Shown here piece after piece: positions 43,508 to 54,685 of a DNA stretch of 57,210 nt. The translations under genes and the position numbers were made by a program. Each line of letters opens with the position of its first letter. The first letter of the stretch is position 1. This DNA comes from an uncultured Planctomycetia bacterium (GTDB lineage: Bacteria; Omnitrophota; Gorgyraeia; 2-02-FULL-51-18). Below the pieces are notes generated by a model, which was given only the letters and a program-made list of their open reading frames with translations, had not been told where the DNA came from and searched no databases. The stretch lies in NCBI GenBank assembly GCA_964497635.1, contig CAZCDB010000001.1, positions 1 to 57,210 on the forward strand, written 5' to 3'.

Positions 43508-44776
43508 ATGGGTCTTTTTAAGTGGCTGTATCCGGGGATGAGGATTAAGCGTTGGGTGACGCTCTGTTGTTTTGGGGTCATTCTCTGCTCAATCGGTTTT
43601 GTGCTTGCTCTGACGGATATTCAGCGTTCTTACGGAAGTTTGATTGTGCTTCTTGGTTTTGGGGTGGTGGCAGTCAGTATCCGAAAAATCATCAAGTCGG
43701 TGGTGACGGTGCTTCTGCCCGAACGTGAGAATGAATTTGTCAATATCATGTACCAGAAGCGGTATTTGGAGCGGGGTCCTCGGATTGCGGTGATCGGGGG
43801 CGGGTCTGGTCTTGCCGTTCTTTTGCATGGTTTAAAAGAGTTTACCTCCAATATCACGGCGGTGGTGACGGTCGCCGACGATGGAGGCTCTTCGGGGCGT
43901 CTGAGAGATCAATTTGATATCCCGCCTCCGGGAGACATTCGAAACTGTCTGGTGGCTTTGGCGGATGCCGAGCCCTTGATGAGTGATCTTTTTCAGTTTC
44001 GTTTTAAAGAGTCAGGGGCTTTTGAAGGGCATAATTTTGGGAATCTTTTTATTTTGGCGATGCTCAAAGTCACAGGTGATTTTGAGAAGGCGATTCGCGA
44101 GTCTTCCAAGATTTTGGCGATTCGCGGGCGGGTGGTGCCCTCCACTTTAAAAAGAGTGACATTAGTGGCGCAGTTCGCCGATGGAAGTCAGGTGGCCGGA
44201 GAGAGTCATATTTCAAAAACTCCCGGGAAGATTCAAAGGCTTTATTTGCAGCCAGCCAATTCTTCAGCCGCTGAAGACGCTCTTTTTGCGATAGAAAATG
44301 CGGACGCGATTGTGATCGGACCGGGAAGCCTTTATACGAGTCTTTTGCCGAATCTTTTGATTGAGGATTTGTCGGCGGCGATTGCGCGCTCACGGGCTCC
44401 TAAGATTTATATTTGCAATGTGATGACGCAGACGCACGAAACAGACAATTTTACAGCGTTTGATCATGTCAACGCGATCGCGGAGCATTCTCACGCGGAT
44501 GTATTGAGTCATGTGATCGTCAATAACGGCAAGATTCCTTCGGTGATTTTGGAACGATACGCCCAAGGGGGTTCGATTCCGGTCAAGGCGGATACGGAAA
44601 AAATTTGTGCGCTGGGGTATCAGGTGATTGAAGACAATATCATTAACACTGCGGATATTGTGCGTCACAATCCGCGGCGTGTTTCCAAATTGATTTTAGA
44701 AATCATCCACGCGGATAAAAAGAAGAACCCGAGTGAGAAAAAACAACGTAAAACGAAGTTGCTTGAAACAGTCTAA
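43508..44776 (+). CDS. yvcK: YvcK/CofD-family (UPF0052) protein with an N-terminal two-helix membrane extension and a Lys-rich tail
   Basis: RIAVIGGGSGLAVLLHGLK, VVTVADDGGSSGRLR and GPGSLYTSLLPNL are YvcK hallmarks. They are preceded by ~90 aa containing WVTLCCFGVILCSIGFVLAL and LIVLLGFGVVAVSI. Confidence 0.8.
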   Translation: MGLFKWLYPGMRIKRWVTLCCFGVILCSIGFVLALTDIQRSYGSLIVLLGFGVVAVSIRKIIKSVVTVLLPERENEFVNIMYQKRYLERGPRIAVIGGGSGLAVLLHGLKEFTSNITAVVTVADDGGSSGRLRDQFDIPPPGDIRNCLVALADAEPLMSDLFQFRFKESGAFEGHNFGNLFILAMLKVTGDFEKAIRESSKILAIRGRVVPSTLKRVTLVAQFADGSQVAGESHISKTPGKIQRLYLQPANSSAAEDALFAIENADAIVIGPGSLYTSLLPNLLIEDLSAAIARSRAPKIYICNVMTQTHETDNFTAFDHVNAIAEHSHADVLSHVIVNNGKIPSVILERYAQGGSIPVKADTEKICALGYQVIEDNIINTADIVRHNPRRVSKLILEIIHADKKKNPSEKKQRKTKLLETV

Positions 44777-44790
44777 ACGATGCAGGGTTT

Positions 44791-45069
44791 ATGTTAATTA
44801 AAAAGAAAATTAAAATTACCAATCCTCAAGGCCTTCACGCAAGGCCAGCGTCCAATTTTGTCAAAATTGCCAATCGCTATGAATCGGAGATCCTGGTCAA
44901 AAAAGGAAGCGAGTCGGTCAGCGGGAAGTCAATCATGAGCCTGATGACTCTAGCCGCTAACCACGGATCCATTTTAGAAATTGAAGTCAGCGGTCCTGAC
45001 GCTGAGGCGGCGATGAAAGAGATCGAGTCGTTTTTGACCAACGATAAAGAGGGGGAGGAGCGCTCATGA
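44791..45069 (+). CDS. ptsH: Phosphocarrier protein HPr
   Basis: ITNPQGLHARPAS (His15 context) and GKSIMSLMTL (Ser46 context). Confidence 0.9.
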   Translation: MLIKKKIKITNPQGLHARPASNFVKIANRYESEILVKKGSESVSGKSIMSLMTLAANHGSILEIEVSGPDAEAAMKEIESFLTNDKEGEERS

Positions 45070-46814
45070 AGCTTTTGACCGGGATTGCGGCTTCTCCGGG
45101 AATTGTCATTGGAAAGGCTTTTGTCCTCGACAGCGAGGATATCTCCATCCCCCAAAGACACATCAAAGAGTCTGCCATCCCCAAAGAAATCACGCGTCTT
45201 CAGGATGCCTTGACCATGACCCGTGCGGAGATTATCGGGATCCGGGACAAGATTTCACATGAAATCGGTCAGGAGCATGGAGATATTTTTAATGCGCATT
45301 TGATGGTGCTCGAAGACCGGGTCATTATTGAAGAGGTGATGGAGCGCATCAAAAAGGAAAAATTTTCAGCGGAATACATTTTTTCCCAAGTTCTTAAAAA
45401 ATACATTCAGTCTTTTTTGAAAATAGACGATGAGTATCTTCGCGAGCGGGTGAGTGACATCAGCGACGTGGGGCGTCGCGTGATACGGCACTTGGCGGGG
45501 GAGCAGAAGAGTTCTTTATCGGATCTAAAAGAAAAAGTTATCGTGGTGGCTTATGATCTGTCCCCCAGTGATACCGCGGTGATGAATCGTAAAAATGTAA
45601 TTGGATTTATCACCGATATCGGAGGTCGGACTTCACACACCGCCATCATGGCGAAGTCTCTTGAGATTCCTGCCGTGGTGGGTCTTGAAAAAGCCACGCA
45701 CATCATCAAAACCGGAGATGCGCTGGTGCTTGATGGAATTACCGGTACTATTTTAATCAATCCCAGCCCCAACGATCTTCAAAAATATCGCCAGGAACAA
45801 GTTCGTTATCAGGAGTTTAATAAAGGACTTAAGCGGTTTAAAGATTTACCCAGCGTCACTAAGGACGGTCGTAAGATAGAACTAGCCGCCAACATTGAAT
45901 TGCCCTCCGAGACCGATTCGGTTCTTTCTCATGGTGCCGATGGGATCGGTCTTTATCGCAGTGAATTTTTGTACATGAATCGAGCGGGTTTGCCCACAGA
46001 AGAAGACCAGTATCAAGCTTACAAAACCGTGGTGATGGCCATGGCGCCCAAGCCTGTGATTGTGCGCACTTTCGATCTAGGGGGAGACAAATTTTTATCT
46101 CATTTGGAAATGCCTCATGAAATGAATCCGTTTTTAGGATGGCGGGCGATCCGTTTTTGTTTGGCCTCTCCTGAGATTTTTAAGGTGCAGTTGCGGGCTA
46201 TCTTGAGGGCTTCCGCTCATGGCAAGCTTCGCCTGATGTATCCGATGATCTCCGGGGTTGGGGAACTCCGTCAGGCCAATAAGCTTTTGGAAGAGGCGCG
46301 CAATGAGCTTCGCGCTAAGAAGATCCCATTTGACTCGGAGATGGAAGTGGGAGCCATGATCGAGATTCCTTCGGCGGCGCTAACCTGCGATATTTTGGCC
46401 GCGGAGGTTGACTTCTTTAGCATTGGAACCAATGACTTAATTCAATACGCGTTGGCGGTGGATCGAATCAATGAAAAAATTGCTTATCTGTATGAGCCGG
46501 CACATCCGGCGGTTTTAAGGCTTTTGAAAAATATTATCGAGACGGGGCATTCGAAGAAGGTGTGGGTTGGAATTTGCGGTGAAATGTCAGGAGACCCACT
46601 TTTGACGCCGGTGCTGGTGGGACTTGGTATTGATGAAATCTCAACCTCTCCTGTGATGATCCCTGAGATCAAAAAGATCGTACGCTCCTTGACTTATACG
46701 GAAGCCGAAGACATTGCCAAACAGGTATTAACGTTTAATACCGGCGAAGAAGTGATGCATTATCTGAAGAATCGATACCAGCAGATGATGCGTCTATCCA
46801 CGAGCAAAAAATGA
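45066..46814 (+). CDS. ptsI: PEP-protein phosphotransferase (Enzyme I)
   Basis: GGRTSHTAIMAKSLEIPAVVG (active His), GIGLYRSEFLYM, and FFSIGTNDLIQY. Confidence 0.95.
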   Translation: MKLLTGIAASPGIVIGKAFVLDSEDISIPQRHIKESAIPKEITRLQDALTMTRAEIIGIRDKISHEIGQEHGDIFNAHLMVLEDRVIIEEVMERIKKEKFSAEYIFSQVLKKYIQSFLKIDDEYLRERVSDISDVGRRVIRHLAGEQKSSLSDLKEKVIVVAYDLSPSDTAVMNRKNVIGFITDIGGRTSHTAIMAKSLEIPAVVGLEKATHIIKTGDALVLDGITGTILINPSPNDLQKYRQEQVRYQEFNKGLKRFKDLPSVTKDGRKIELAANIELPSETDSVLSHGADGIGLYRSEFLYMNRAGLPTEEDQYQAYKTVVMAMAPKPVIVRTFDLGGDKFLSHLEMPHEMNPFLGWRAIRFCLASPEIFKVQLRAILRASAHGKLRLMYPMISGVGELRQANKLLEEARNELRAKKIPFDSEMEVGAMIEIPSAALTCDILAAEVDFFSIGTNDLIQYALAVDRINEKIAYLYEPAHPAVLRLLKNIIETGHSKKVWVGICGEMSGDPLLTPVLVGLGIDEISTSPVMIPEIKKIVRSLTYTEAEDIAKQVLTFNTGEEVMHYLKNRYQQMMRLSTSKK

Positions 46815-47557
46815 TCGCTGTGATTCTTGCGGCCGGCTACGCCACAAGGCTTTATCCCCTGACGGAAAATAAGCCCAAATGCTTGTTGGAGGTGGGTGGG
46901 AGCACGATTTTAGACCGCATCCTAAAACAGTTGGATGAAATCTCGGGTTTAGAGCGCCTGGTGGTGGTGACCAATCACCGGTTTTACTCTCAGCTTGTTT
47001 CTTGGAAGAGCACAGCTTACCTAAAAGTCCCCATCGAGATCTTAGATGATGGCACTACTTCCAATGATAATCGCTTGGGGGCTGTGGGGGATTTGGGACT
47101 GGCGATTGATCGGGCTCAGATTTCATCCGATATTTTGCTTTTGGCCAGTGATAATTTATTTGAGCAAAGCTTGGCGCAGTTTGCTCACAAGGCAGCTCTT
47201 CAAAAAGAAGCGGTTTCGATCGGGGTTTACGATCTGGGATCTAGCGATCTAGCGGCTAAAAAATATGGAGTGATCGAGGCAGCGGCCTCAGGAGAGGTTT
47301 TAAGTTTTGAAGAAAAGCCGGAAAAACCAAAATCTAGCCTGATTGGGATGGGAGTTTATTATCTGCCGGTGGCAACGTTGGGGTGGGTTCGTGAGTATTT
47401 GAAGCAAAAAGACGCTCAAGATGCCCCCGGATTTTATATCCGATGGCTTTTGGGAAAGGTTAAGATTTTCAGTTTGAAGTTTTCTGGCCTATGGTATGAT
47501 ATCGGCGATTTTAAATCTTTGGATGAAGCGGATCAGTATTTTAGGCTTAAAAAATAA
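46811..47557 (+). CDS. Sugar-phosphate nucleotidyltransferase family protein
   Basis: MIAVILAAGYATRLYPLTENKPKCLLEVGG is the G-rich NTP-transferase signature. Specificity cannot be determined from sequence reading. Confidence 0.75.
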   Translation: MIAVILAAGYATRLYPLTENKPKCLLEVGGSTILDRILKQLDEISGLERLVVVTNHRFYSQLVSWKSTAYLKVPIEILDDGTTSNDNRLGAVGDLGLAIDRAQISSDILLLASDNLFEQSLAQFAHKAALQKEAVSIGVYDLGSSDLAAKKYGVIEAAASGEVLSFEEKPEKPKSSLIGMGVYYLPVATLGWVREYLKQKDAQDAPGFYIRWLLGKVKIFSLKFSGLWYDIGDFKSLDEADQYFRLKK

Positions 47558-47575
47558 CCAGAACCAGAGGATTTT

Positions 47576-48718
47576 ATGCGCCAAGAATCTCTTTTTTTCT
47601 CTTCTGAAAGCATCACTGAAGGACACCCAGACAAGGTAGCGGATCAGATTTCTGACGCAATTTTGGATGCGATCTTAACGCAGGATGCAATGGGTCGTGT
47701 GGCTTGCGAGACTTTGGTGACGACCGGACTTGCTTTTGTGGCGGGTGAGATTACCACCAATTGTTATGTGGATATCCCCAAAATTGTTCGTTCAACCATC
47801 CAAGGGATTGGGTACGATAACCCCATGTTTGGTTTTGATTACAATACTTGCGCGGTGGTGACCTCGATTCAGGGCCAGTCGCCGGATATTGCCATGGGCG
47901 TGGACAAGGGGGGCGCGGGAGATCAGGGGATGATGTTTGGATTTGCTTCCAACGAGACCCCGGAATACATGCCGCTGCCTATTTCTTTGGCTCATAAAAT
48001 TACCCGTCGTGTGGCAGAAATTCGAAAGAAAAAAATAGTGCCCTACCTGCGTCCGGATGGAAAATCTCAAGTCACCATCGAATATGAAAATGGCAAGCCT
48101 AAGCGTTGCGATGCGATTGTGATCAGCGTCCATCATTTGCCCAAGGTCAGCTTAAAACAGATTGCTGATGACATGAAGAAGCTTGTCATTGACCGTGTGA
48201 TCCCCGGCCAATATGTCGATAAAAAAACGAAAATTTATATCAACCCCACCGGTCGATTTGAAGTGGGTGGGCCTCAGGCGGACACCGGTCTTACAGGACG
48301 CAAAATCATTGCCGATACTTACGGCGGGTTTGGGTCTCATGGGGGCGGTGCTTTTTCAGGCAAGGATCCTACAAAGGTTGATCGTTCCGCTTCTTACATG
48401 GCGCGATACATTGCCAAAAATATCGTGGCGGCCAAGCTTGCCGACCGTTGTGAGATCCAGCTGGCTTACGCCATTGGGGTTGCCGAGCCTGTTTCAGTGA
48501 TGGTGGATACAGGGGGCACGGGAAAGACATCGGATGGGCATATCGGACAGCTGGTGCGCCGTCACTTTGATCTGACCCCTCTTGGGATTATTAAACAGTT
48601 GAAGTTGCGCCGCCCTATTTATAGAAATACAGCAGCGTACGGTCATTTTGGTCGAAACGAAGAAGGCTTTACTTGGGAAGAGTTGACCAAGGTTGCCGAC
48701 TTGAAGAAAGGGTTATAA
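47576..48718 (+). CDS. metK: S-adenosylmethionine synthetase
   Basis: [39 protein letters not shown]. Confidence 0.95.
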   Translation: MRQESLFFSSESITEGHPDKVADQISDAILDAILTQDAMGRVACETLVTTGLAFVAGEITTNCYVDIPKIVRSTIQGIGYDNPMFGFDYNTCAVVTSIQGQSPDIAMGVDKGGAGDQGMMFGFASNETPEYMPLPISLAHKITRRVAEIRKKKIVPYLRPDGKSQVTIEYENGKPKRCDAIVISVHHLPKVSLKQIADDMKKLVIDRVIPGQYVDKKTKIYINPTGRFEVGGPQADTGLTGRKIIADTYGGFGSHGGGAFSGKDPTKVDRSASYMARYIAKNIVAAKLADRCEIQLAYAIGVAEPVSVMVDTGGTGKTSDGHIGQLVRRHFDLTPLGIIKQLKLRRPIYRNTAAYGHFGRNEEGFTWEELTKVADLKKGL

Positions 48719-49987
<1,269 letters not shown>

Positions 49988-49991
49988 GTTT

Positions 49992-51080
49992 TTAGGAAGT
50001 ATTTTTGATCAGGTAAATCCCTACCATCGCGAAGAGAAGATTTCCAAACCACGCGGCAAACGCGGGGGGAAGATAGCTTCCTTTTCCCAGAGCTAAGCTC
50101 ATCGAAACAATCCCGTAGTAGAGAAGCACCAGTGCAAAACTTGTCCCGATTCCCATAGCAATTCCTCCACGGCCTGTTTTCATGGCCAGCGGCGCCCCGA
50201 TCAAGATGACGATAAAACTGACAAAGGGGAATGAAATCTTGTAATGAAGGTCCACGGATAACTTTTGGATCAATTTTCGACTGGCACTTCCTAGATGCCC
50301 GATATGCTCTTTGAGTTCCTTGGAATTCATAAACTCGATTTGAGAACCTTCGTGAATAAAATCCCGCGGTTTCTGGTTTAAAGGAAAATCCATTTTTTCA
50401 GAAAAGGCGGGATTGCCGATAATCTCTCCGCGACGATTGATGCGGTATTGAATGACATCATAGAAAGTCCATTTATCTTTTTCATAAACAGCCTTTTTGG
50501 CTTTGATGCTAGCCTGATAGGCTTCTCTCATATTATTTTCAAAAATCACAACGTCATGAAGGGTTTGGGTCGATAACTGAAACTCTCGGGCGTAAATCAT
50601 GCGGTCATCTTTCCCGTAAAGGGTGACTTTGTTTAATGCGCGATCCTCAAAGTCATTTTTCCCTTTCTTAATGAGTCCTTCCATGATCGAGGCAGAAGTC
50701 AGGGAAGAGCGGGGGACCACCATTTCGTTGATTAGAAGGACGGTAAAGCTGATCAAGATACCCACAAAAAAATAAGGAAGGAGGATATGAAAAGCACTGA
50801 TGCCACTAGCTTTCAACGCGATGATTTCATTGTGTTTGCTTAAAGACCCAATTACAAATAGAACTGAGACTAGGCAGGCAATGGGCACCACTTGAACCAG
50901 AATGGTTGGTATAAAATAACTATAATACGAGAAAATAACTGAAGGCGAGACCCCTTGCTTTAAAAATTCATCCAGGTTGGCAAACAGATCAATGATGATA
51001 AATAAAATTAAAAAAACAGCCAGACAATACAATAAGGTATATACAAAATTGCGGATGAGATAGCGGTCTAGGATGCGCAT
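49992..51080 (-). CDS. lptG: LptF/LptG-family LPS export permease (second gene of the pair)
   Basis: MRILDRYLIRNF N-terminus, six TM segments with a large periplasmic loop, and pairing with an upstream paralogue. Confidence 0.8.
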   Translation of the reverse strand: MRILDRYLIRNFVYTLLYCLAVFLILFIIIDLFANLDEFLKQGVSPSVIFSYYSYFIPTILVQVVPIACLVSVLFVIGSLSKHNEIIALKASGISAFHILLPYFFVGILISFTVLLINEMVVPRSSLTSASIMEGLIKKGKNDFEDRALNKVTLYGKDDRMIYAREFQLSTQTLHDVVIFENNMREAYQASIKAKKAVYEKDKWTFYDVIQYRINRRGEIIGNPAFSEKMDFPLNQKPRDFIHEGSQIEFMNSKELKEHIGHLGSASRKLIQKLSVDLHYKISFPFVSFIVILIGAPLAMKTGRGGIAMGIGTSFALVLLYYGIVSMSLALGKGSYLPPAFAAWFGNLLFAMVGIYLIKNTS

Positions 51081-51084
51081 TTTT

Positions 51085-52185
51085 TTAAGTCTTCACCGTT
51101 TTATTCAATAGGAAAAGCCCGATACCACCAATCACTAGATTGGAAAATTGAAGTCCCAAGAATGGGTGCACGAGTCCTTTTTGGGCCAGGGCTTTACCAC
51201 CGATCAGAAGCATCCAGTAAGCGGTCATGAGTAAAAGACTGATCACAAAGCTGACAGACCGATGACTTCGTCGCGTGGTAATCCCCAAAGGAATTCCAAT
51301 CAAAAGAAAGGAGATACTAGATAGAGCCAAAGCCACTTTATTATGTATTTCGGCGGACAGGGGGTAGGTGGCTTTGATCCCTTCTTCTCCCAGGCTTTCG
51401 ATTTCATTTCTTAGTTCACGGATGGACATATCTTTGGGTTTTTTTCCCAATTTTTCAGTCTCTTTGATGTCCGATAGATTGAGCGGGAAGTCATAGGTTT
51501 TAAAATTGATGGTATAAAACTTGGCCGGGTCTTTGGCGTCCGGTTCATCGCTGGTGCCTTGGATCAGGCGAAGCTTGATAATGCCTTCTTCAGGTAGGGA
51601 GATCAGCTCACCTTTTTGAGCGGTGATGGTGCGAGTCGGTCTGCCTTCTTGGGGCTGGTAGATGCGGATCCCCTTAAGCTTGTTTTTATCGATTTCATAG
51701 ATAAAAATGACAAAATTTTTAAATTTCTTGATAAAAGTGCCTTCTTCCAGAGCCGCTGCGGGGTTTTCAATCCCGATCCGCTTAAGGAGAACCCGGTAGC
51801 GATAATGGGTGGAAGAGGCCAGTTGGTCGGAGAGAATCAATGTCAGGAGTGATAAAACAACAACGGTAAAAAAAAGAGGTTTTGCGATCTTCAAGAGGCT
51901 GATGCCGCTGGCACGCATGGCCATGATCTCATTGTCGTAGGAGAGTTTTCCAAAAAGCGACAAGGTTCCGATAAGCACAGACATAGGGATGATGAAAGTT
52001 AGCACAAAGGGCAGGGAGTACCAGAGAAGTTTTAACACGAGAAAAATATTTACTGATTTATTAAAAATAAAATCAGCCATCTGGACCAGGCCGCGTCCCA
52101 AAAGAAACAAGAGAATAAAAGCGCCAATCGAGAATAGGAATGGGGAGAAGAACTCCAGGATGATGTGGTTACGCAGGACTCTCAT
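51085..52185 (-). CDS. lptF: LptF/LptG-family LPS export permease (first gene of the pair)
   Basis: YjgP/YjgQ architecture (three TM, a periplasmic beta-jellyroll-like loop, three TM), immediately upstream of its paralogue. Confidence 0.8.
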   Translation of the reverse strand: MRVLRNHIILEFFSPFLFSIGAFILLFLLGRGLVQMADFIFNKSVNIFLVLKLLWYSLPFVLTFIIPMSVLIGTLSLFGKLSYDNEIMAMRASGISLLKIAKPLFFTVVVLSLLTLILSDQLASSTHYRYRVLLKRIGIENPAAALEEGTFIKKFKNFVIFIYEIDKNKLKGIRIYQPQEGRPTRTITAQKGELISLPEEGIIKLRLIQGTSDEPDAKDPAKFYTINFKTYDFPLNLSDIKETEKLGKKPKDMSIRELRNEIESLGEEGIKATYPLSAEIHNKVALALSSISFLLIGIPLGITTRRSHRSVSFVISLLLMTAYWMLLIGGKALAQKGLVHPFLGLQFSNLVIGGIGLFLLNKTVKT

Positions 52186-52188
52186 TTT

Positions 52189-52905
52189 TTATAATCCCCG
52201 TGCGACGGTTAACACGGTCACGGTGCTCGCACCCGCGGTGTGGAGGGTTTTGGCGCACTCGGAGGCGGTGAAGCCGGTGGTCAGGATATCATCCACCAGC
52301 AGGATGTGCTTACCCAGAAAAGGGTGATTGGCTTGAACCCGAAAAGAGCCTTCGATGTTGGCCAGGCGCTCACGTTTGTTGAGGAGGGACTGATGTTGTT
52401 TGGAGAGTTTTTTGGTCAAAAAGTGACTAAAATCCGGTTTTTGAATCTGCTTGGCCACCGCCTTGGAAAGAAGTGTTGACTGATTAAAACCCCGCTCTCT
52501 TTGCTGGAGAGCCTCCATGGGGACGCCGACCAGGCAGTCTATTCCTGAAGTGTCTAGGTGTTGATCGATAAAATCAAGGAGGGTCTGTGAGAAGAAATGA
52601 CCCAGGGATCGTTGGTTTTTATACTTAAACTGCTGTAAGAGCTCTCGTGTTTTACCCTCATACAGAAGGGCAGAATAGGCTCTCTGATAAGAAGGTTGCT
52701 GATCTTGGCATTGTCCGCAGCGCTGTCCTTCGGCGGCAGAGCCTCTACCGCAGACGATGCAGAAGGGGGGCCATATCTTAAGCAGGGCGGAGTGGCATTT
52801 TTTGCAAACTCCCAAGCGATCAGTCCAAGGCAATAGCTCGTCACAAGTCTGACAAATTTTTGGGAATAAAAGAGAGGAGGTGACCTCCAAGGCAGTTTGT
52901 ATCAT
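52189..52905 (-). CDS. ComF-family phosphoribosyltransferase-like protein
   Basis: N-terminal Cys clusters (CQTCDE...CKKCH, CIVCG...CGQC) and a C-terminal PRPP loop ILLVDDILTTGFT. The start is moved to ATG 52905 (MIQTALEV) because the track start at 52953 would overlap the nth start codon head-on. Confidence 0.75.
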   Translation of the reverse strand: MIQTALEVTSSLLFPKICQTCDELLPWTDRLGVCKKCHSALLKIWPPFCIVCGRGSAAEGQRCGQCQDQQPSYQRAYSALLYEGKTRELLQQFKYKNQRSLGHFFSQTLLDFIDQHLDTSGIDCLVGVPMEALQQRERGFNQSTLLSKAVAKQIQKPDFSHFLTKKLSKQHQSLLNKRERLANIEGSFRVQANHPFLGKHILLVDDILTTGFTASECAKTLHTAGASTVTVLTVARGL

Positions 52906-52945
52906 GGGGTTAATATAACATAGGCTCGATGTTATAATAAAGGCT

Positions 52946-53626
52946 ATGTCCAAAAGTCTATTGGCCGCTCAAGCTCTCCAAAACCTCCCCGGTTTTTTAA
53001 AACACTTGCGTCAAGAGGTCCTCCAATGGAAGGCACCTATTGTGGGGACTTTTGCTCAAGGGCCGCAGGCGCCTTTTAAAGTCCTTATTTCTACGCTGCT
53101 TAGCCTACGCACCAAAGATAAGACCACGGAAGAGGCTAGTCATCGGCTTTTTAAAAAGGCCCAGACCCCACAAGCTCTGGTCCAGTTAACGGCTACTGAG
53201 ATTGAGAAGCTGATTTATCCGGTAGGATTCTATCGTACGAAGGCTAAGAACCTTTTGGCGGTTTGCCGGGTGCTGATTGACCAATTTGGAGGGGAGGTCC
53301 CTTCGGATCTTGAAACGCTTTTGACTCTCAAGGGTGTGGGTCGAAAAACGGCCAACTTGGTGGTAACCGTGGGTTTTGGGAAGCCTGGAATTTGTGTGGA
53401 TACGCATGTGCATCGCATTTCCAACCGCTGGGGACTGGTCAAAACGCGCACACCCGATGAAACGGAGATGGCTTTAAGAAAAGTTTTACCCAGAAAATTT
53501 TGGATCGAGTACAACGACCTTCTTGTTTGCTTTGGTCAAAACCTTTGTCAGCCCGTTTCTCCTCTTTGCAGTCAGTGCAAACTCCAAAACCTTTGCCCAA
53601 GACTCGGGGTCAAATTCAGTCGATAA
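52946..53626 (+). CDS. nth: Endonuclease III
   Basis: HhH-GPD motif LKGVGRKTANLVV, catalytic DTHV, and an Fe-S cluster loop CQPVSPLCSQCKLQNLC. Confidence 0.9.
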   Translation: MSKSLLAAQALQNLPGFLKHLRQEVLQWKAPIVGTFAQGPQAPFKVLISTLLSLRTKDKTTEEASHRLFKKAQTPQALVQLTATEIEKLIYPVGFYRTKAKNLLAVCRVLIDQFGGEVPSDLETLLTLKGVGRKTANLVVTVGFGKPGICVDTHVHRISNRWGLVKTRTPDETEMALRKVLPRKFWIEYNDLLVCFGQNLCQPVSPLCSQCKLQNLCPRLGVKFSR

Positions 53627-53695
53627 ATCAAACCAAAAGTGCTACACTAATTTTTTAAATTTTATCTAAAACCATACAAAAAATAGGTTGATTCA

Positions 53696-54685
53696 ATGAA
53701 AAGAGCTCTGATTACAGGAGTGACCGGACAAGACGGATCTTATCTGGCGGATTTTCTTTTGGAAAAAGGTTACAAAGTTTATGGCATCATCCGTCGTGCG
53801 AGCCAAATCAATACTTCTCGGCTGGATCATCTCTACGAAGAGCCTCAGATTGTCAACAAGCGTTTGGAGCTTGTCTACGGAGACATGAACGATGCTAGCT
53901 CCATCAACCGTATTTTACGCACGGTCCGTCCGGATGAGATCTATAACTTGGCGGCCCAAAGTCATGTCAAAGTCAGCTTTGAAATCCCTGAGTACACAGC
54001 AGAGGTCACCGGACTTGGGTGTCTACGAATTCTGGAAGCGATCGTAGAGTCGGGGATCAAGACCAAGTTTTATCAAGCTTCTTCTAGTGAGCTTTTTGGA
54101 CGCACGACCGTGGTTCCCCAAAATGAAAATACACCTTTTGCACCCTGCAGCCCTTATGCGGTCGCCAAATTATTTGCTTACTGGACGACCAAAAACTACC
54201 GGGAGGGTGCGGGGATTTTTGCCTGCAACGGGATCTTGTTTAATCACGAGTCTCCTCGGCGTGGAGAGACTTTTGTGACGAGAAAAATTACAATCGCTGT
54301 GGCTAAAATTAAGAAAGGCTTACGAGACAAGCTCTATTTAGGAAATATGGATGCGAAGCGGGATTGGGGCTATGCCAAGGATTATGTCGAGGCGATGTGG
54401 CTGATGCTGCAACAAAAAAAGGCGGATGATTTTGTCATCGCGACCGGTGAAACACACACGGTCAGAGAATTTGTGGAAGAAGCTTTTAGTTATGCTGGAT
54501 TGGATTGGAAAAAGCATGTTCGGATCGACAAGCGTTATTTTCGTCCTTTGGAAATTGACGTGTTGCATGGGGACTGTTCCAAGGCCAAGAAAAAACTAGG
54601 ATGGAAGCCTAAGACAAGTTTTAAAGAGCTTGTGCGAATTATGGTGGATGCGGACATGAAGGCGGTTGAATCGGGTCAGTTGTGA
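53696..54685 (+). CDS. gmd: GDP-mannose 4,6-dehydratase
   Basis: [27 protein letters not shown], and [19 protein letters not shown]. Confidence 0.9.
   Translation: MKRALITGVTGQDGSYLADFLLEKGYKVYGIIRRASQINTSRLDHLYEEPQIVNKRLELVYGDMNDASSINRILRTVRPDEIYNLAAQSHVKVSFEIPEYTAEVTGLGCLRILEAIVESGIKTKFYQASSSELFGRTTVVPQNENTPFAPCSPYAVAKLFAYWTTKNYREGAGIFACNGILFNHESPRRGETFVTRKITIAVAKIKKGLRDKLYLGNMDAKRDWGYAKDYVEAMWLMLQQKKADDFVIATGETHTVREFVEEAFSYAGLDWKKHVRIDKRYFRPLEIDVLHGDCSKAKKKLGWKPKTSFKELVRIMVDADMKAVESGQL

Noticed and set aside
47558-47575. SAM riboswitch before metK, and purine or ZTP riboswitches before purB or glyA.
   Set aside because: The intergenic spacers are 18 nt (metK), 55 nt (purB) and an overlap (glyA). 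There is no room for an aptamer.
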